From assembly GCA_963733675.1 (NCBI GenBank), contig CAVTET010000004.1, positions 192,001 through 256,000 on the forward strand: a stretch of 64,000 nucleotides of DNA, given 5' to 3'. Positions 20,384 through 32,066 of the stretch are shown here, piece after piece. The first letter of the stretch is position 1, and each line of letters starts with the position of its first letter. The position numbers and the translations under genes were made by a program. The DNA is from an uncultured Methanosarcinaceae archaeon (GTDB lineage: Archaea > Halobacteriota > Methanosarcinia > Methanosarcinales > Methanosarcinaceae). The notes beneath the pieces were generated by a model. It was given only the letters and a program-made list of their open reading frames with translations, was not told where the DNA came from and ran no database searches.

Positions 20384-20707
20384 AATTCGCCGAAAAAGAA
20401 ATCAGTTTCTACCAGAGAGTTAACTTTCTGAAATCCACTTTAGTTTTGTTTAGAAACTATATAATTATCTTTTTTCTAATTTTTCTATTTCTGATCGTGG
20501 CCTAAGATAATTAGTTCCAAGTTTTCTGCGAGTCCCATAAGTCCATGAGTAATAGATCAGAAATAGTTTCTTATTCTATATGGAACTTTGGAAATTCAGA
20601 GATTTTAGTCAAAAACTATGCATCAAAGATGTCATAAAAACACATGTTTTGTCAGCCTTACCAAGATTCTACATCCTACTATATTTTACAGAACTTTTGG
20701 TACACTT

Positions 20708-20850
20708 CCGATGTAATTAAAAAATATGTAGAAAATCATGATAACCAAGAAGAAAAAAAGCATATAAACAAATTAAAAAAAATCTTATTTTGAATAATTT
20801 TATTCATATCCCGAGCAATAGCATACACATTTACTTGCAGCGGGTGCCCC
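20708..20850 (+). mobile_element. IS200-type 3' remnant (tnpA C-terminus plus end hairpin)
   Basis: DVIKKYVENHDNQEEKK... and ACTTGCAGCGGG, similar to 38000-38132 and 56990-57120. Confidence 0.6.
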
Positions 20851-20927
20851 ACATAAATCTATATTAAATTGGAAGAAAAGATTTTAAAAGCTCCTGAAGA
20901 GAAAAAATATAATCAAGTCTAAATCCC

Positions 20928-21425
20928 CTAAAGTGGGCAACCAATCTCTTTTATTATTAGCTTTATAGCTTCATCGACACCTTTGATAACTTCAGGGCTT
21001 ATCTCTAACGTAGCTTCAGTTACCCTGGCTCCTATTTCGATCCCAATGACTATAATTTCTGGAAGAAGCTGGATCTCATTCCCAATACGTAATACATCTG
21101 TAATTGTAAGATCGTGAACTGAGACCAGGTTACAAGGCTCAGTGTCTTTTTTGATAAGGTCTTTACCCTCTATACGGTGTACAGAACCTACAGGACTGTC
21201 CGCAAGAATTGCATCCACTAAAATGATCTTTCGAGCTCCGTCAAAAATATTAAGAAGGTCGAGCCCACATACACCTGCATCTACGATATCAATGCCTTCG
21301 CTATTTTTAAGTTCCGTTTTTTGAAGAGTCTCAATGACCTTCAGACCAATACCATCATTTCCCATTAATAGGCTTCCGCACCCTAAGACACGGACCGGAG
21401 CATGTAATATAGACATATTCTTCAT
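20928..21425 (-). CDS. vhtD: Hydrogenase maturation protease
   Basis: VLGCGSLLMGNDGIG, VDA and SVHD motifs; last gene of the vht operon. Confidence 0.92.
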   Translation of the reverse strand: MKNMSILHAPVRVLGCGSLLMGNDGIGLKVIETLQKTELKNSEGIDIVDAGVCGLDLLNIFDGARKIILVDAILADSPVGSVHRIEGKDLIKKDTEPCNLVSVHDLTITDVLRIGNEIQLLPEIIVIGIEIGARVTEATLEISPEVIKGVDEAIKLIIKEIGCPL

Positions 21426-21494
21426 CTTACTAAGGCTTATACAGAGTGGACATGTCTATATTACCTTTCTACATTTTTTTAAATGACTTTCAAA

Positions 21495-22271
21495 TTAATG
21501 GTTTCGGCGTCCTTTATCAACAAGATTGTTGGGAGTTTTGACAACTTCTACGTAGTGAGTATCTTTAAGGTCTTCTTTTCCTGACCAGAAGATAGCTTTG
21601 TAGTACTTCCAAATATTTGGATCAAACTCCAGAATACCAACATGCACTACCAGTTCGAAGACAAACCAGTAAGTCATCAGCAGATGAAGAACCCTCAGAA
21701 ACTCAAGGGAACTCAATCCGAAAGAAGGTGCAATCAGGCCTCCTGCAGACAGGATCCAGGAAGCTATAGGGAAGCCAACTAGTGACCAGCTCTGACTGTA
21801 CAGAACGATACCTGAAACAGCAATTATGACTATGGCCACACCTTCCAGCACAATCAAGATTTTCATTAGTGGGTGGAGCTTAGTCTTATAGTGTCCCGAT
21901 GCTTCATCATATATGGTAAATGCTGGATATTTGCCCTTCCCAAAGAAATTACCAATTATTCCTGCCATGCGTGATGCATCTCTGGGACCGAAAACATAAT
22001 GGTCCAAAAAATGTGAAAATTTTTCCTTAATCCCGCCACCAGTTGCAAGAACAATGGAAACAGGAATAAGGAACCAATTCACCACGAGCAAGAAAGGAAC
22101 TGCGAACATATGGAGAGCGCGAGCTGTATGGAAACTCATAAAGCTCCAGCCAAAATAGATCTTTAACCCGGTGATAATGAGCGTCAGCATTGCAGCGGCA
22201 TGAACTATGTGTACCACTCTATCAAGGAGGCTATAGCGCTCAACAATTGTTGGGTTGCCATTAGCTTTCAT
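21495..22271 (-). CDS. vhtC: Methanophenazine-reducing hydrogenase cytochrome b subunit
   Basis: Multi-TM protein with heme-ligand His residues (RVVH, ALH, VLH, VVH). Confidence 0.9.
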   Translation of the reverse strand: MKANGNPTIVERYSLLDRVVHIVHAAAMLTLIITGLKIYFGWSFMSFHTARALHMFAVPFLLVVNWFLIPVSIVLATGGGIKEKFSHFLDHYVFGPRDASRMAGIIGNFFGKGKYPAFTIYDEASGHYKTKLHPLMKILIVLEGVAIVIIAVSGIVLYSQSWSLVGFPIASWILSAGGLIAPSFGLSSLEFLRVLHLLMTYWFVFELVVHVGILEFDPNIWKYYKAIFWSGKEDLKDTHYVEVVKTPNNLVDKGRRNH

Positions 22272-22308
22272 TAGGGATCATCTCCTTATTATAATATTCT
22301 TCATCTTC

Positions 22309-24096
22309 TTACAATATTCTCAAGGTCCTTGGAGCGTTTTTCCCTGTCAGGTCAATTGTATGAACTGCACATGAAATGCAAGGGTCATAGGATCTACCTA
22401 TATGGAAAATTCCAACAGGATTGGCATAATCGACACCAAGAATGTTTCCAACGGCATTGATTTTTGATCCGACGAGGGATTGTTCAAGAGGACCAGGGGT
22501 ACCTGTTGCATCTCTCGGGGACATATTCCAGGTACCTGGAACTACGCACTGATAGTTGACAACCTTTCCCTTGCTGTCAGTGGATACCCAGTGTCCAAGA
22601 GCTCCACGTGGAGCTTCCCACACGCCCATACCATGGGAATCGTTACCTTTAGAAAGGTCTAAAGGTACTGCGATCTTACCGTTCGGGTCAAAGTCAACTG
22701 TCACCCACTTTAGGAGCTCATTTGCGATAATAGCAGTTTCCTGCATACGAGCTAGCATTCTTGTATAGACATTTGCTGCAGAGTAACCTTTATCATGAAA
22801 AGCAAGGGCTAGTCCAGTTACCAATGGCTCTTTTATTGCAAGCATACGTGCAAGAGGACCGACTTCACAAGGAATTCCGTCATATCTTGGGGCTTTATCC
22901 CAGCTGTATCTGCTATTCGGACCCTGGTTATAGACTATTTTTCCCGGATCTGTAAATGGAACTGTTTCACCTTTTGAAGGAGGGAGGTTGTCGTTGTTTT
23001 CATAGAAAGAGTGAGCAATGCTTTCCGTAATCTTACTTGGATCAAAGTTTTTATGTTCGAGTTTTCCTGTTACGATACCTGAGGTCATGAATCTATTTCC
23101 TGCAGGGCTGTTCGGGTCGTATCCGTCTCCGTTTTCGGGCTTGTAGAATCCACCATATGAAAGGAAGTTGATCTTTGAGGGATCGCCGTACCCACCTATT
23201 CTGTCGTGTTTAAGGCTTGTAGGAAGGTGAAGGAGATTTTCTCCTACTAATTCAGAGCCGAAAGCTGCATAGAATTCAACATCTCCCCACCCTGCTGCTC
23301 TGGAAAAGTCATTTGTACTAAGTGATTTATTAATAAGGCCCTGGAGGTGCTCAACCACAAAGTTTACAGCTTTAGTAGGTGAGCTTGCCTTGTAGGTATT
23401 TTCAATCCAGGTGTCGAAGGGCACTTGGAGGGTGTACTTTGATACAAAGTCCATAACCTGCAGATAGTAAGAGGAAATCTTTACAACATCTGCAACTGTT
23501 GGCTTATAGAAATATCCTCCTGGGTATGGAGTGACAGGGCCTGGCATTCTGCCGCCTATGATTGCAATAGCTTCCTGTAAGCGTTTCTTTTCAGGTATTG
23601 CTGCCAGGTAAGAGGTTCCCGCAGGAATCGGTACGCCGTCTATTTTGTAGCTAATTGGAGCAAATCTTCCGACCATTTCTTTCCAGATCGCGTTTCCGGT
23701 ATCTTTGAGTGTTGCAAGGACATTTCTGTACGCAGGGTTCGCAAGGTCCGGACCCCAAAGCACATATATATGAGTCGCATGGCTTGCAATAGTGTTTAGA
23801 GCCTGAAAAATGTTCCTTGTGACAAGAGCATCTTTTGGAACATGTTCAGCCACACCATAAAGATTGTCAAGGGCATTTGTAGCTGTCAAGGAATGAGATA
23901 GAGGACAAACACCACATATTCTTTGGACGAGAATTGCTGCGTCCCTTGGATCCTGATTTTGTAGTATGCGTTCAAAACCTCTAAACATCAAACTGGAACT
24001 CTGAGCATCTGTAATAACACCATCAGCACCTACTTCAGTGGATATGCGTTGATGGCCTTCAATTCTTGTTAAGGGATCAATTGTAACATTTACCAT
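22309..24096 (-). CDS. vhtA: Methanophenazine-reducing [NiFe] hydrogenase large subunit
   Basis: TRIEGH, RICGVC and DPCISCAVH followed by a cleavable C-terminal tail. Confidence 0.94.
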   Translation of the reverse strand: MVNVTIDPLTRIEGHQRISTEVGADGVITDAQSSSLMFRGFERILQNQDPRDAAILVQRICGVCPLSHSLTATNALDNLYGVAEHVPKDALVTRNIFQALNTIASHATHIYVLWGPDLANPAYRNVLATLKDTGNAIWKEMVGRFAPISYKIDGVPIPAGTSYLAAIPEKKRLQEAIAIIGGRMPGPVTPYPGGYFYKPTVADVVKISSYYLQVMDFVSKYTLQVPFDTWIENTYKASSPTKAVNFVVEHLQGLINKSLSTNDFSRAAGWGDVEFYAAFGSELVGENLLHLPTSLKHDRIGGYGDPSKINFLSYGGFYKPENGDGYDPNSPAGNRFMTSGIVTGKLEHKNFDPSKITESIAHSFYENNDNLPPSKGETVPFTDPGKIVYNQGPNSRYSWDKAPRYDGIPCEVGPLARMLAIKEPLVTGLALAFHDKGYSAANVYTRMLARMQETAIIANELLKWVTVDFDPNGKIAVPLDLSKGNDSHGMGVWEAPRGALGHWVSTDSKGKVVNYQCVVPGTWNMSPRDATGTPGPLEQSLVGSKINAVGNILGVDYANPVGIFHIGRSYDPCISCAVHTIDLTGKNAPRTLRIL

Positions 24097-24103
24097 TTTT
24101 TAC

Positions 24104-25261
24104 TCACTCTCCTTTCATTCTTCTTACAGCATGTACGCCTGCAGCAACTGCAGCGGCGCCAATCGCGACTTTGGCTATAGTACCGACATTCTCTCCTAGA
24201 AGCACTCCCTTGCCTTCAGATTCTACATACAGGGGTCTTGAAGAGTCCGGCCAGCCAGGTTCTACGCAAGCACTGCAGGGCCCTGCCTGGGTACACACGC
24301 TCAATGAATTGTTCCATTTGCGAATTGCACAGTCTCCATGAGCATATGGGGCTTTACATCCCAATTTCCACAGACAATATGGCCCACCTGCCTGATCTTC
24401 GAATAGTCCCTGGTCATAGTATCCACGACGAGGGCAGTTGTCATGGACAACATGGTCTGGAGGATAGAAGACCTTTGGCCTGTGGTACTGGTCCAGAATT
24501 ACCGGAAGATCATCAGGAACTCTGATCTTTCCAAGGATTACAGCGCCTAATGTAAGGAGGATCCAATCAGGGTGAGGAGGACAACCAGCAATATTGATTA
24601 CAGGTTTATCGATGTTAAGTTCACTAAGAATGCCTTTTGAAGCATCAGTCTTTAAGAAAGCTGTTCCTCTATAATCCGTCTCATGGACAATAGCACTGTT
24701 TGCAGAGGTAATTCCTCCCCAACATGCACAAGCTCCGACCGCAAGAATGGCGTTGGCATTCTTTGCAGCTTCTCCAACGATATCCTTGAAAGGCTTGTTC
24801 CCAAGAACAAGGTAGCGACCTGAACCATTAGGTCCCATTGGAATAGCGCCCTCAACAACTAAAATATAGTTTCCTTCTTTGATAAGATCGTCAAGGAGAA
24901 TCTCTGAGTTAAGTTCAGAAGTGTTTGCAAGCTTATTATCTACCCATATCCCCTGCTGGGCAAGAAGAGTTTCATGGTAAGCAAGATTGACATTGAGCTT
25001 AGTGAGTGCCTGTAAAATGTCAGGATTTGCTGCATTCAAGAGGGATTCTGAGCATCCAGTGCATTCGGCACCATGGAGCCAAACAATCTTTGTTTCTGCA
25101 AATTCAAGAGCGTTTACGATCTCAGTTTGGTAACTGCTGAGGAATGTACTTGCTCCGAGAAAGCCCACAGCTTTCATGAAAGTGCGTCGATCCATTTTTA
25201 AGAAGTCAACACTATCCAGTGTTTGAACAAGATTTTTTATTCCAGTACTCATCTCTACCAC
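24104..25261 (-). CDS. vhtG: Methanophenazine-reducing [NiFe] hydrogenase small subunit
   Basis: Tat motif DRRTFMK, CTGCSES, GCPPHP and C-terminal TM anchor. Confidence 0.94.
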   Translation of the reverse strand: MVEMSTGIKNLVQTLDSVDFLKMDRRTFMKAVGFLGASTFLSSYQTEIVNALEFAETKIVWLHGAECTGCSESLLNAANPDILQALTKLNVNLAYHETLLAQQGIWVDNKLANTSELNSEILLDDLIKEGNYILVVEGAIPMGPNGSGRYLVLGNKPFKDIVGEAAKNANAILAVGACACWGGITSANSAIVHETDYRGTAFLKTDASKGILSELNIDKPVINIAGCPPHPDWILLTLGAVILGKIRVPDDLPVILDQYHRPKVFYPPDHVVHDNCPRRGYYDQGLFEDQAGGPYCLWKLGCKAPYAHGDCAIRKWNNSLSVCTQAGPCSACVEPGWPDSSRPLYVESEGKGVLLGENVGTIAKVAIGAAAVAAGVHAVRRMKGE

Positions 25262-25536
25262 ATCTTGGTTTTAACAAAATTCATACATTTAAAAGAAATA
25301 CAAATTAAATATTTACTATAATTATATAAATGCGAACATAAACCTATCGCTAATGTTTTCAATGAGGGAATAGTATATAAGTTTTTTTGATTTTAACAAT
25401 ATTTAATACATTAATAGGAAAAAGTAGATTCCGAATATATGTGAATTACCACTCATCTAAAAACTAGTGGCTTCTTGGCCCATTCCGTCCTCTTATGAGA
25501 ACAAGTTCCCAAGCACACCCACAGCATTAAAGAGTT

Positions 25537-26512
25537 TCAGATTCCAATTAGACTTAAATCAATGAGCGCGAATTTTTTGATATTAATTGCAGTATTAATG
25601 TCTCTTTATTGTTATTGTTTTGTAATCAGGACATTTCCATTCTATATCTCATTCTATATCTTTTAGTATCAGCTCAGAATTATGATATCCATAAAAATGA
25701 CAGATCTTAGGTATGGTTCAAATTTACCTATGCATAAGAACGATTTTTCATGAGCATTCTGATCTATATTCCAATTTTGTCGCAAATAATAATGCACGCC
25801 GAATCACATATAGCCTGTGCTAAATGATGATTTTTAATCATGCCTTTAACTCAGAGTTTCAACAGCTATTGCTTAGTTCTAGTTAACAAGTTTAAAAGAT
25901 AGTTTTTGTTGAAAATCATTTTTCCTATATGTTTTTCCTCGTGAAGTATAACAAGTTTTTGTTTTGCTTTTTATCTGTTTTTAGAACCGTTCTGTTTTCT
26001 GCTAACTCTTTTTTGGAGTACTTTGACTTTCTTCAAAGATTTTTTTCAAGTACTTAGGTTTACAACCTTTTTTACAGTTGATATCACAACGAAATCTTTT
26101 ATCCCAAGTCTACACCAATAGGCTTAGATTCAGAAAACACTTGTTTAACTGAAAGTTTTTCCCATCTTCCATTAAAACGCTGCTATCTTTCTTGTAAAAG
26201 ACTTCGAAATCGTAGCGATTTTTAATTCGCATTCAAATATTTTGTGAAGAACTGCTTCGATTTCTCCAATCTTAGGAAGCTTAAGAGTATTGTTTTCAAA
26301 ATCCACATTGTAGTGTCATGGTATCATGAATGATTAATTGATTCTTCTTTGATTTGAATTTAGGAAAATCATTTTTTTCTTTGAAAATCTAATGAATGCA
26401 GATTCTACCTGTTTAGTCATACTCTGAAATGAATGAGAATTGACTTCTCCTAAAAATGGATTGTGGAGTTTGTTGGATCGATCAATTGTTGGATAAAGCC
26501 AAACCTGAATGA
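25537..26512 (-). pseudogene. tnpB: TnpB pseudogene
   Basis: Fragments LGEVNSHSFQSMTKQVESAF, KVLQKRVSRKQ, KNHHLAQA, EWKCPDYKT and NTAINIKKFALI; stops, frameshifts and an internal deletion. Confidence 0.85.
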
Positions 26513-26584
26513 TTTCATCGTTAAATACTCCATACAATTTAACAGAATCCATGTATATAGGGATGTATATAATATTGTTAAAAA

Positions 26585-26978
26585 ATGGATCTGAACATAA
26601 AATCATAGAGATTTTTGTTAATACATAACATTATCTTTGTGTGCAAGTATCGAAAAAAGATACTAGAATAGATTGGTGAAGAACTCAAACAGATAATTCA
26701 TGACATTGAAAAGGAAGACGATTTTGAAATTAATAGAAATGAAAACAACAAAGACATATCAATCTACTCATTAAGAACTAGCCAAAAGTCAGTATTCTTG
26801 CGATCATTCGAAAATTGAAGCAAGAGACAGCAATTAGGATATAGAAAACTCAAAAAGAGTATTTGAAAAAAATACTATTGGAAAAAAACATACACTATTG
26901 AGTGACGGATATCTCGCATTTTCTATCGGCAATATTAACAAAGCAGCAGCCAGAAATTATATACAGAACCAGTGTTGA
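26585..26978 (+). pseudogene. tnpA: IS200/IS605 TnpA (Y1 HUH) pseudogene
   Basis: IIFVCKYRKKIL...IIRKLKQET...SDGYLAFSIG...NYIQNQ; multiple stops. Confidence 0.85.
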
Positions 26979-27462
26979 AGTTGACACTGCATCCATTGGG
27001 CTGAAAACCCTTTAATTTTAGGCTTTGTCCTATAAAATCAATCCATCAAAATTTGTTCATCGGACCTTAGTAAAGAAAGCTATAGGTATTTTTTTCTTTA
27101 AAGGATGAATAGTTACCAATTTATAGTAAAAAATTAGAGGATCTAGTGATTTGGATAGAAAAATAATTTAGAATTAAAGGATAAATATGAAACCTGAAGG
27201 CTACCAAAATAGAATTAATATATGGATATGTATATATATAAGAATATAGATTATATAGGTGCAAATATACATATCATAATTTAATTTTATTAAGATAGCA
27301 TGCATACAAATTATAAAAAAATATGATCACAAACAAGTACGATGATACTTAAACTATTACTTCATTTCGCATTGATTTTGCATAGAGATTTTGGAGAGGA
27401 AATTTCAACAAAATATTGAGAAGCCTTTTTTTAAATGAAGATGTTGAGCAAATCAAACTTGA

Positions 27463-27552
27463 GAGGATCATCGATAAACTTTTGATTTTCATGAATCATT
27501 TATACACTATTTATAAACATATAGCGAAATTTATGGGTTTATCGAAATCCTC
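27463..27552. mobile_element. ~90-bp MITE, family A, copy 4
   Basis: GAGGATCATCGATAAAC ... GTTTATCGAAATCCTC. Confidence 0.85.
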
Positions 27553-28144
27553 TATTAATTGGGTTACATATTAAAAATCAATCTGTTCCAAATTTAGATT
27601 GAAAAGAAATTTTAACAGTTGTAAACCACCTTCAAATCAACTTATAGGCTCAAAAAACATTTTTAAATTATTCAGGAGAAGTGAAAAAACACAAAAGATA
27701 TAATATAGAACTATAGAATTGCGAAAAACAATTTATTTCTTGATTTACTTCAAAAATCCAGAATCTAGTTTTAATCATTGAACCTGTACTCTTTTATTCG
27801 AGGCAATAGTAAAAGTAAAAAATGACTATTTAAAAACAGCGATCAAAAGAACAAAAGTGGATATTAACCATAATTATATCTAGCGCAAGGGTAATAAAAT
27901 AACTAATTACAGAAGTTAAGGCTTAAATAAAGACCGGGAATGGGGATGAAGCCTGTTTATTCAGTAATGAGAATAAAATTTTAAAGGCTTTTTGCTGATT
28001 TTAAACCCCAAACATATTTCTTGCTATAATAAATCTTGCTACAATAAAATTTCCGTAAAAAAATAACTCGAATACTAAAAACTAATCTAGAACAGTTAAA
28101 CGGCATAATTTAACCATATTTTGAAAGAAAACAGTAGAGGTAAC

Positions 28145-28405
28145 ATGTGTATAGCTATTCCTGGAAAAATTACGCATATAGTAAATGAAAACACTGCCAT
28201 TGTCAACATGGGTGGAATCTGTAGAAACGTAAATATGGATCTAATGGGAGGTGCAAGCGAAGCCATGCTCGGGAAACATGTCCTCGTCCATGTGGGATAC
28301 GCAATATCTGAAATATCGGAAGAAGAAAGTGAAGAAACGATGCACCTTCTCAAGCAGATCGCAGGTCTTGAAGATATAGATACCTTTGAAAATGAATCTC
28401 AATGA
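28145..28405 (+). CDS. hypC: Hydrogenase maturation chaperone HypC
   Basis: MCIAIPG N-terminus at ATG 28145 after GAGG; VLVHVGYA. Confidence 0.95.
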   Translation: MCIAIPGKITHIVNENTAIVNMGGICRNVNMDLMGGASEAMLGKHVLVHVGYAISEISEEESEETMHLLKQIAGLEDIDTFENESQ

Positions 28406-29543
28406 AGAAGGGATACTGATTAAAATGGAAAACGGAAATTCTCCTTCAATATCAGCTATTACTAAACTTGAAAAAAAACTCCTGGAAAGAATTGGGAATT
28501 CAAAGATATCGCTTCGCATAATGCATGTATGTGGAACGCACGAGAGGACTATTGCAAAAAATGGGCTTAGAAGCGTGCTTCCAAAAAGTATTGAAGTTAT
28601 TAGCGGCCCTGGATGCCCGGTCTGTGTCACTCCGGGAGAAGACATAGATATTGCAATCGCCCTTGCGAGAAGCGGAATGACTGTTGTCACCTTCGGAGAT
28701 ATGATGAGAGTCCCGGGTTCTTCAGAAAGTTTGCTGGATTCAAAATCTGAAGGGACAGATGTAAGGATGGTCTATAGCATTGACGATGCTGTTGCCCTTG
28801 CAGAAAAAAAGCCAGAACTCGAAATAGTCTTTTTGGGGATAGGCTTCGAAACCACAGTTCCTGCAAATGCTGCTTCCCTTTTGAGAAATACCCCCGATAA
28901 CTTTAGCCTCCTCACCTCTCAGAAGAGGACGCCTCCCGCAATAGAGCTCCTGGCCAATGGTACAGAAGTTGATGCCTTTATTGCTCCAGGGCATGTAGCG
29001 ACAATTATAGGCACAAAACCCTTTGAACCTCTTGCAAAGAAGGGTTTTCCTGTTGTTATTAGCGGTTTTGAGGTCAGAGATATTCTCCTTGGGATAAACA
29101 TGTTACAAATACAGGTAGAGGAAGGATTCTCAAGGGTGGACAACGGCTACTCAAGAGTTGTAAAACAGGACGGAAACCTGGTAGCTTTAGAAATGATGGG
29201 CAAAGTATTCGAAACTTCGGATTCTGAATGGAGAGGTATCGGGAGAATAGAGAATTCAGGGCTGGTACTCAGGAAAAAGTTTGAAGAAAAAGATGCAGCA
29301 AAGAAGTACATAGATATCTATGCCTCTTTAGTTAAGGATATTCGAAAAAAAGCAGAAATAAAAGGCAAAAAGTGTTGTATTTGCGCAGCTATCCTCACAG
29401 GGAAAGCAAAACCTCCCCAATGTCCTAACTTCGGACAAACATGCACTCCACGCAGCCCCGCTGGGCCATGTATGATCAGCCAAGAGGGAATGTGTTATAA
29501 CTGGTTAAAATATTTGAGGGTAGGGGGTAGTGAACTTGCATGA
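28392..29543 (+). CDS. hypD: Hydrogenase maturation protein HypD
   Basis: MHVCGTHE, GPGCPVC, GFETT and PGHV motifs; start uncertain (28386, 28392 or 28425). Confidence 0.95.
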   Translation: MNLNEEGILIKMENGNSPSISAITKLEKKLLERIGNSKISLRIMHVCGTHERTIAKNGLRSVLPKSIEVISGPGCPVCVTPGEDIDIAIALARSGMTVVTFGDMMRVPGSSESLLDSKSEGTDVRMVYSIDDAVALAEKKPELEIVFLGIGFETTVPANAASLLRNTPDNFSLLTSQKRTPPAIELLANGTEVDAFIAPGHVATIIGTKPFEPLAKKGFPVVISGFEVRDILLGINMLQIQVEEGFSRVDNGYSRVVKQDGNLVALEMMGKVFETSDSEWRGIGRIENSGLVLRKKFEEKDAAKKYIDIYASLVKDIRKKAEIKGKKCCICAAILTGKAKPPQCPNFGQTCTPRSPAGPCMISQEGMCYNWLKYLRVGGSELA

Positions 29544-29952
29544 ACTTTCAATTGCTTGTGAGATCTTTGAACAAGTAATTAATTCAGCTACATCTCACAG
29601 AGCAACGAAAGTTAAGCAAGTGACTCTCCAGATTGGAAGGTTAACACACAATAATCCTGAACAACTGAGTTTCTGCTTCAAAGCCATTGCAGAGGGAAGC
29701 ATTGCAGAAGATGCAGATTTCAGTGTAGAAATGATACCACCTTCGCTTGAATGTGAGTGTGGATATGAGGGAACTGTGAGCAAATCACAGATCCGAGAAA
29801 GCAGCGAACTCAAAAGCGAGCTTCTTGCTTATACAGCAGCTATGGAATGTCCAATTTGTGGAAAACTGGCCCATATTATAGGCGGAAGAGAATTGATAAT
29901 TAAAAGCATTGAGATCGAAACAAAAGACGAAGATTTAGCTGAAGACAGGTAA
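29530..29952 (+). CDS. hypA: Nickel metallochaperone HypA
   Basis: LHELSIA, CEC...CPIC and GGREL motifs. Confidence 0.93.
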   Translation: MNLHELSIACEIFEQVINSATSHRATKVKQVTLQIGRLTHNNPEQLSFCFKAIAEGSIAEDADFSVEMIPPSLECECGYEGTVSKSQIRESSELKSELLAYTAAMECPICGKLAHIIGGRELIIKSIEIETKDEDLAEDR

Positions 29953-29976
29953 AAATAAGCCTTGAAGTGATATATT

Positions 29977-30645
29977 ATGTTAATGCATGTAATCCATATG
30001 GAATACGACGTTTTCAAAGCAAACGATAAAATTGCTGGAAAAAATAGACAAAATCTTGACAAACATCATATCTTTTCAGTCAATGTCATGGGAGCAATAG
30101 GATCTGGAAAAACAACTCTAATTGAGGAGGCAATTAAACATCTTAAAGGGAAGTATAAAATAGCTGTAATTGCAGGAGATGTAATCGCGGAAATGGACGC
30201 TTCCCGTTTTAGGGAACTCGGGGTACCGACAATTCCTGTAAATACTGGGAAAGAGTGCCATCTGGATGCAAAGCTATTGGAAAAGGCCCTTAATGAAATA
30301 GACCTTGAAAACACTGATATCCTTTTAATTGAAAACGTAGGCAATTTAATCTGCCCTGTGGACTTCAAACTAGGAGAGCACCTCAGGATAGTAATCGTAA
30401 GTGTAACAGAGGGAGATGATATCATCCTCAAGCATCCGATGATCTTTAAGACTGCAGACCTTGCAATCATAAATAAAGTTGATATTGCATATGCAGTTGA
30501 CTGTAATACAAAGAAAATGCAAGAGGATATTCTTTCCTTAAATCCTGATGTTCCTGTTATCCTGACTTCGAAACACGACTTTAAAAGTCTGGAAACCTGG
30601 ATTAGCTTTATCGAGCTTAGCTTCAAGAAAAATGCGGAGAAATAA
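29977..30645 (+). CDS. hypB: Nickel-incorporation GTPase HypB
   Basis: GAIGSGKT, CHLDA, ENVGNLICP and NKVD motifs. Confidence 0.95.
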   Translation: MLMHVIHMEYDVFKANDKIAGKNRQNLDKHHIFSVNVMGAIGSGKTTLIEEAIKHLKGKYKIAVIAGDVIAEMDASRFRELGVPTIPVNTGKECHLDAKLLEKALNEIDLENTDILLIENVGNLICPVDFKLGEHLRIVIVSVTEGDDIILKHPMIFKTADLAIINKVDIAYAVDCNTKKMQEDILSLNPDVPVILTSKHDFKSLETWISFIELSFKKNAEK

Positions 30646-30686
30646 GATATATTAGGAGAGCAAAAAGCGGGAAAAAGGAGACGTAT

Positions 30687-31733
30687 ATGAAACCCGATAC
30701 CATTTCTCTTGAGCATGGTGCAGGCGGAGAGATCATGCAGGCACTGATAAAAGATATAATCCTTAAAAACTTCCACAACAAAAGTGCAGGTTCTGTTGGG
30801 CTCGAAAACCTTGATGATGGGTCCACTGTCAGGCTTGAGAATTTCAATCCCGCATCCGAACTCGTCCTGACTACTGACAGTTATGTGATAACACCTTCCT
30901 TTTTCCCAGATACTAATATAGGGAGACTTGCAGTTGCAGGCACAATCAATGACCTCACTGTTATGGGAGCAAAACCACTTGCTCTTACCTGTGCTGTCGT
31001 AGTTCCTGAAGGCTTTTCACTCCAGAAATTTGAAGAGATAATCAAAACAATGGATGAAACTGCTTCAGAAGTTGGCGTGCCTATAATAACTGGAGATACA
31101 AAGACGGTCGAGAAAACAGCACTTGATTCTATTATCTTGAACACTGCAGGTCTGGGTATTACTGATAGCCCTGTAAGAGATTCGGGGCTCAGCCCAGGAG
31201 ACAGAGTCCTAGTCACAGGCACTGTTGGAGACCATGGGATTTCTCTTATAGTCCACAGGGGAGGTTTTGACTTCGATACCGACCTGGTCTCAGATTCGGC
31301 TCCCTTATGGGATCTTATAAAGCCTATTTTGAAGCTTAGAACACTAGAAGGAGAGCCTGTTGTCACGGCAATGAAAGATCCAACGCGTGGCGGGCTTGCA
31401 AACTCCTTGAACGAAATGGCAACAAAATCCAGAACAGGTATCCTTATTGAAGAAGACTGGATCCCATTCAAGCCTGCAGTTTCCGCGGCCTGCGAGATGC
31501 TGGGTCTGGATCCTCTCGAAGTTGCAAATGAAGGAAAAGCAATAATTGGGATAAAGTCCGGCTTCGAAGAAGAGGTTCTCTCAATTCTTAGGCGGCACCC
31601 TTACGGCAGAAATGCCGCTATTATAGGGGAAGTTACTGCAGAAAACAAAGGAGAAGTAATCCTGAAGAACCGTTTCGGTGGCATGCGCTATGTAGATATG
31701 CCTTCCGGAGATCCGATTCCACGCGTATGTTAA
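30687..31733 (+). CDS. hypE: Carbamoyl dehydratase HypE
   Basis: HGAGG, DPTRGG, ANEG and C-terminal PRVC. Confidence 0.95.
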   Translation: MKPDTISLEHGAGGEIMQALIKDIILKNFHNKSAGSVGLENLDDGSTVRLENFNPASELVLTTDSYVITPSFFPDTNIGRLAVAGTINDLTVMGAKPLALTCAVVVPEGFSLQKFEEIIKTMDETASEVGVPIITGDTKTVEKTALDSIILNTAGLGITDSPVRDSGLSPGDRVLVTGTVGDHGISLIVHRGGFDFDTDLVSDSAPLWDLIKPILKLRTLEGEPVVTAMKDPTRGGLANSLNEMATKSRTGILIEEDWIPFKPAVSAACEMLGLDPLEVANEGKAIIGIKSGFEEEVLSILRRHPYGRNAAIIGEVTAENKGEVILKNRFGGMRYVDMPSGDPIPRVC

Positions 31734-32066
31734 CCGAGTTGTACCTATATAATTGGGATTCAGCATCTTACGGTTCGTTTTGCTAATTCAAGTGAACTTA
31801 TTTATTTATCTATTTTTATTTATTTTTGTGACCTATCAACTTTAAGTTCTCAACTAATTTTTGAAAGGAGGGGATTTATCAGTGTATCATAACTATACCT
31901 AAAAATGTGGTTTTTAATTTTTCAAATATGTGTAATTGTAATTTATACAAAACTGATAAACACAACTTAATAGTTAGCAATTACAGAAAATGAGCTTCAG
32001 TAAACTCACTCACTAATTTATAATAGATGAGTGATTATTTGTTTTACCGGGTTGGATAACTACATC

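Larger units (their letters stand above)
25441..27035. mobile_element. Decayed IS605-type element with divergent tnpB and tnpA
   Basis: Right end TTCAC on the minus strand at 25441-25445 with subterminal CCACT/AGTGG hairpin; broken tnpB and tnpA inside; left boundary approximate. Confidence 0.85.

Noticed and set aside
30066-31471. Long antisense ORFs over hypB/hypE (also over thermosome, dus and porC)
   Set aside because: They are codon-mirror shadows of well-supported genes and show no motifs.
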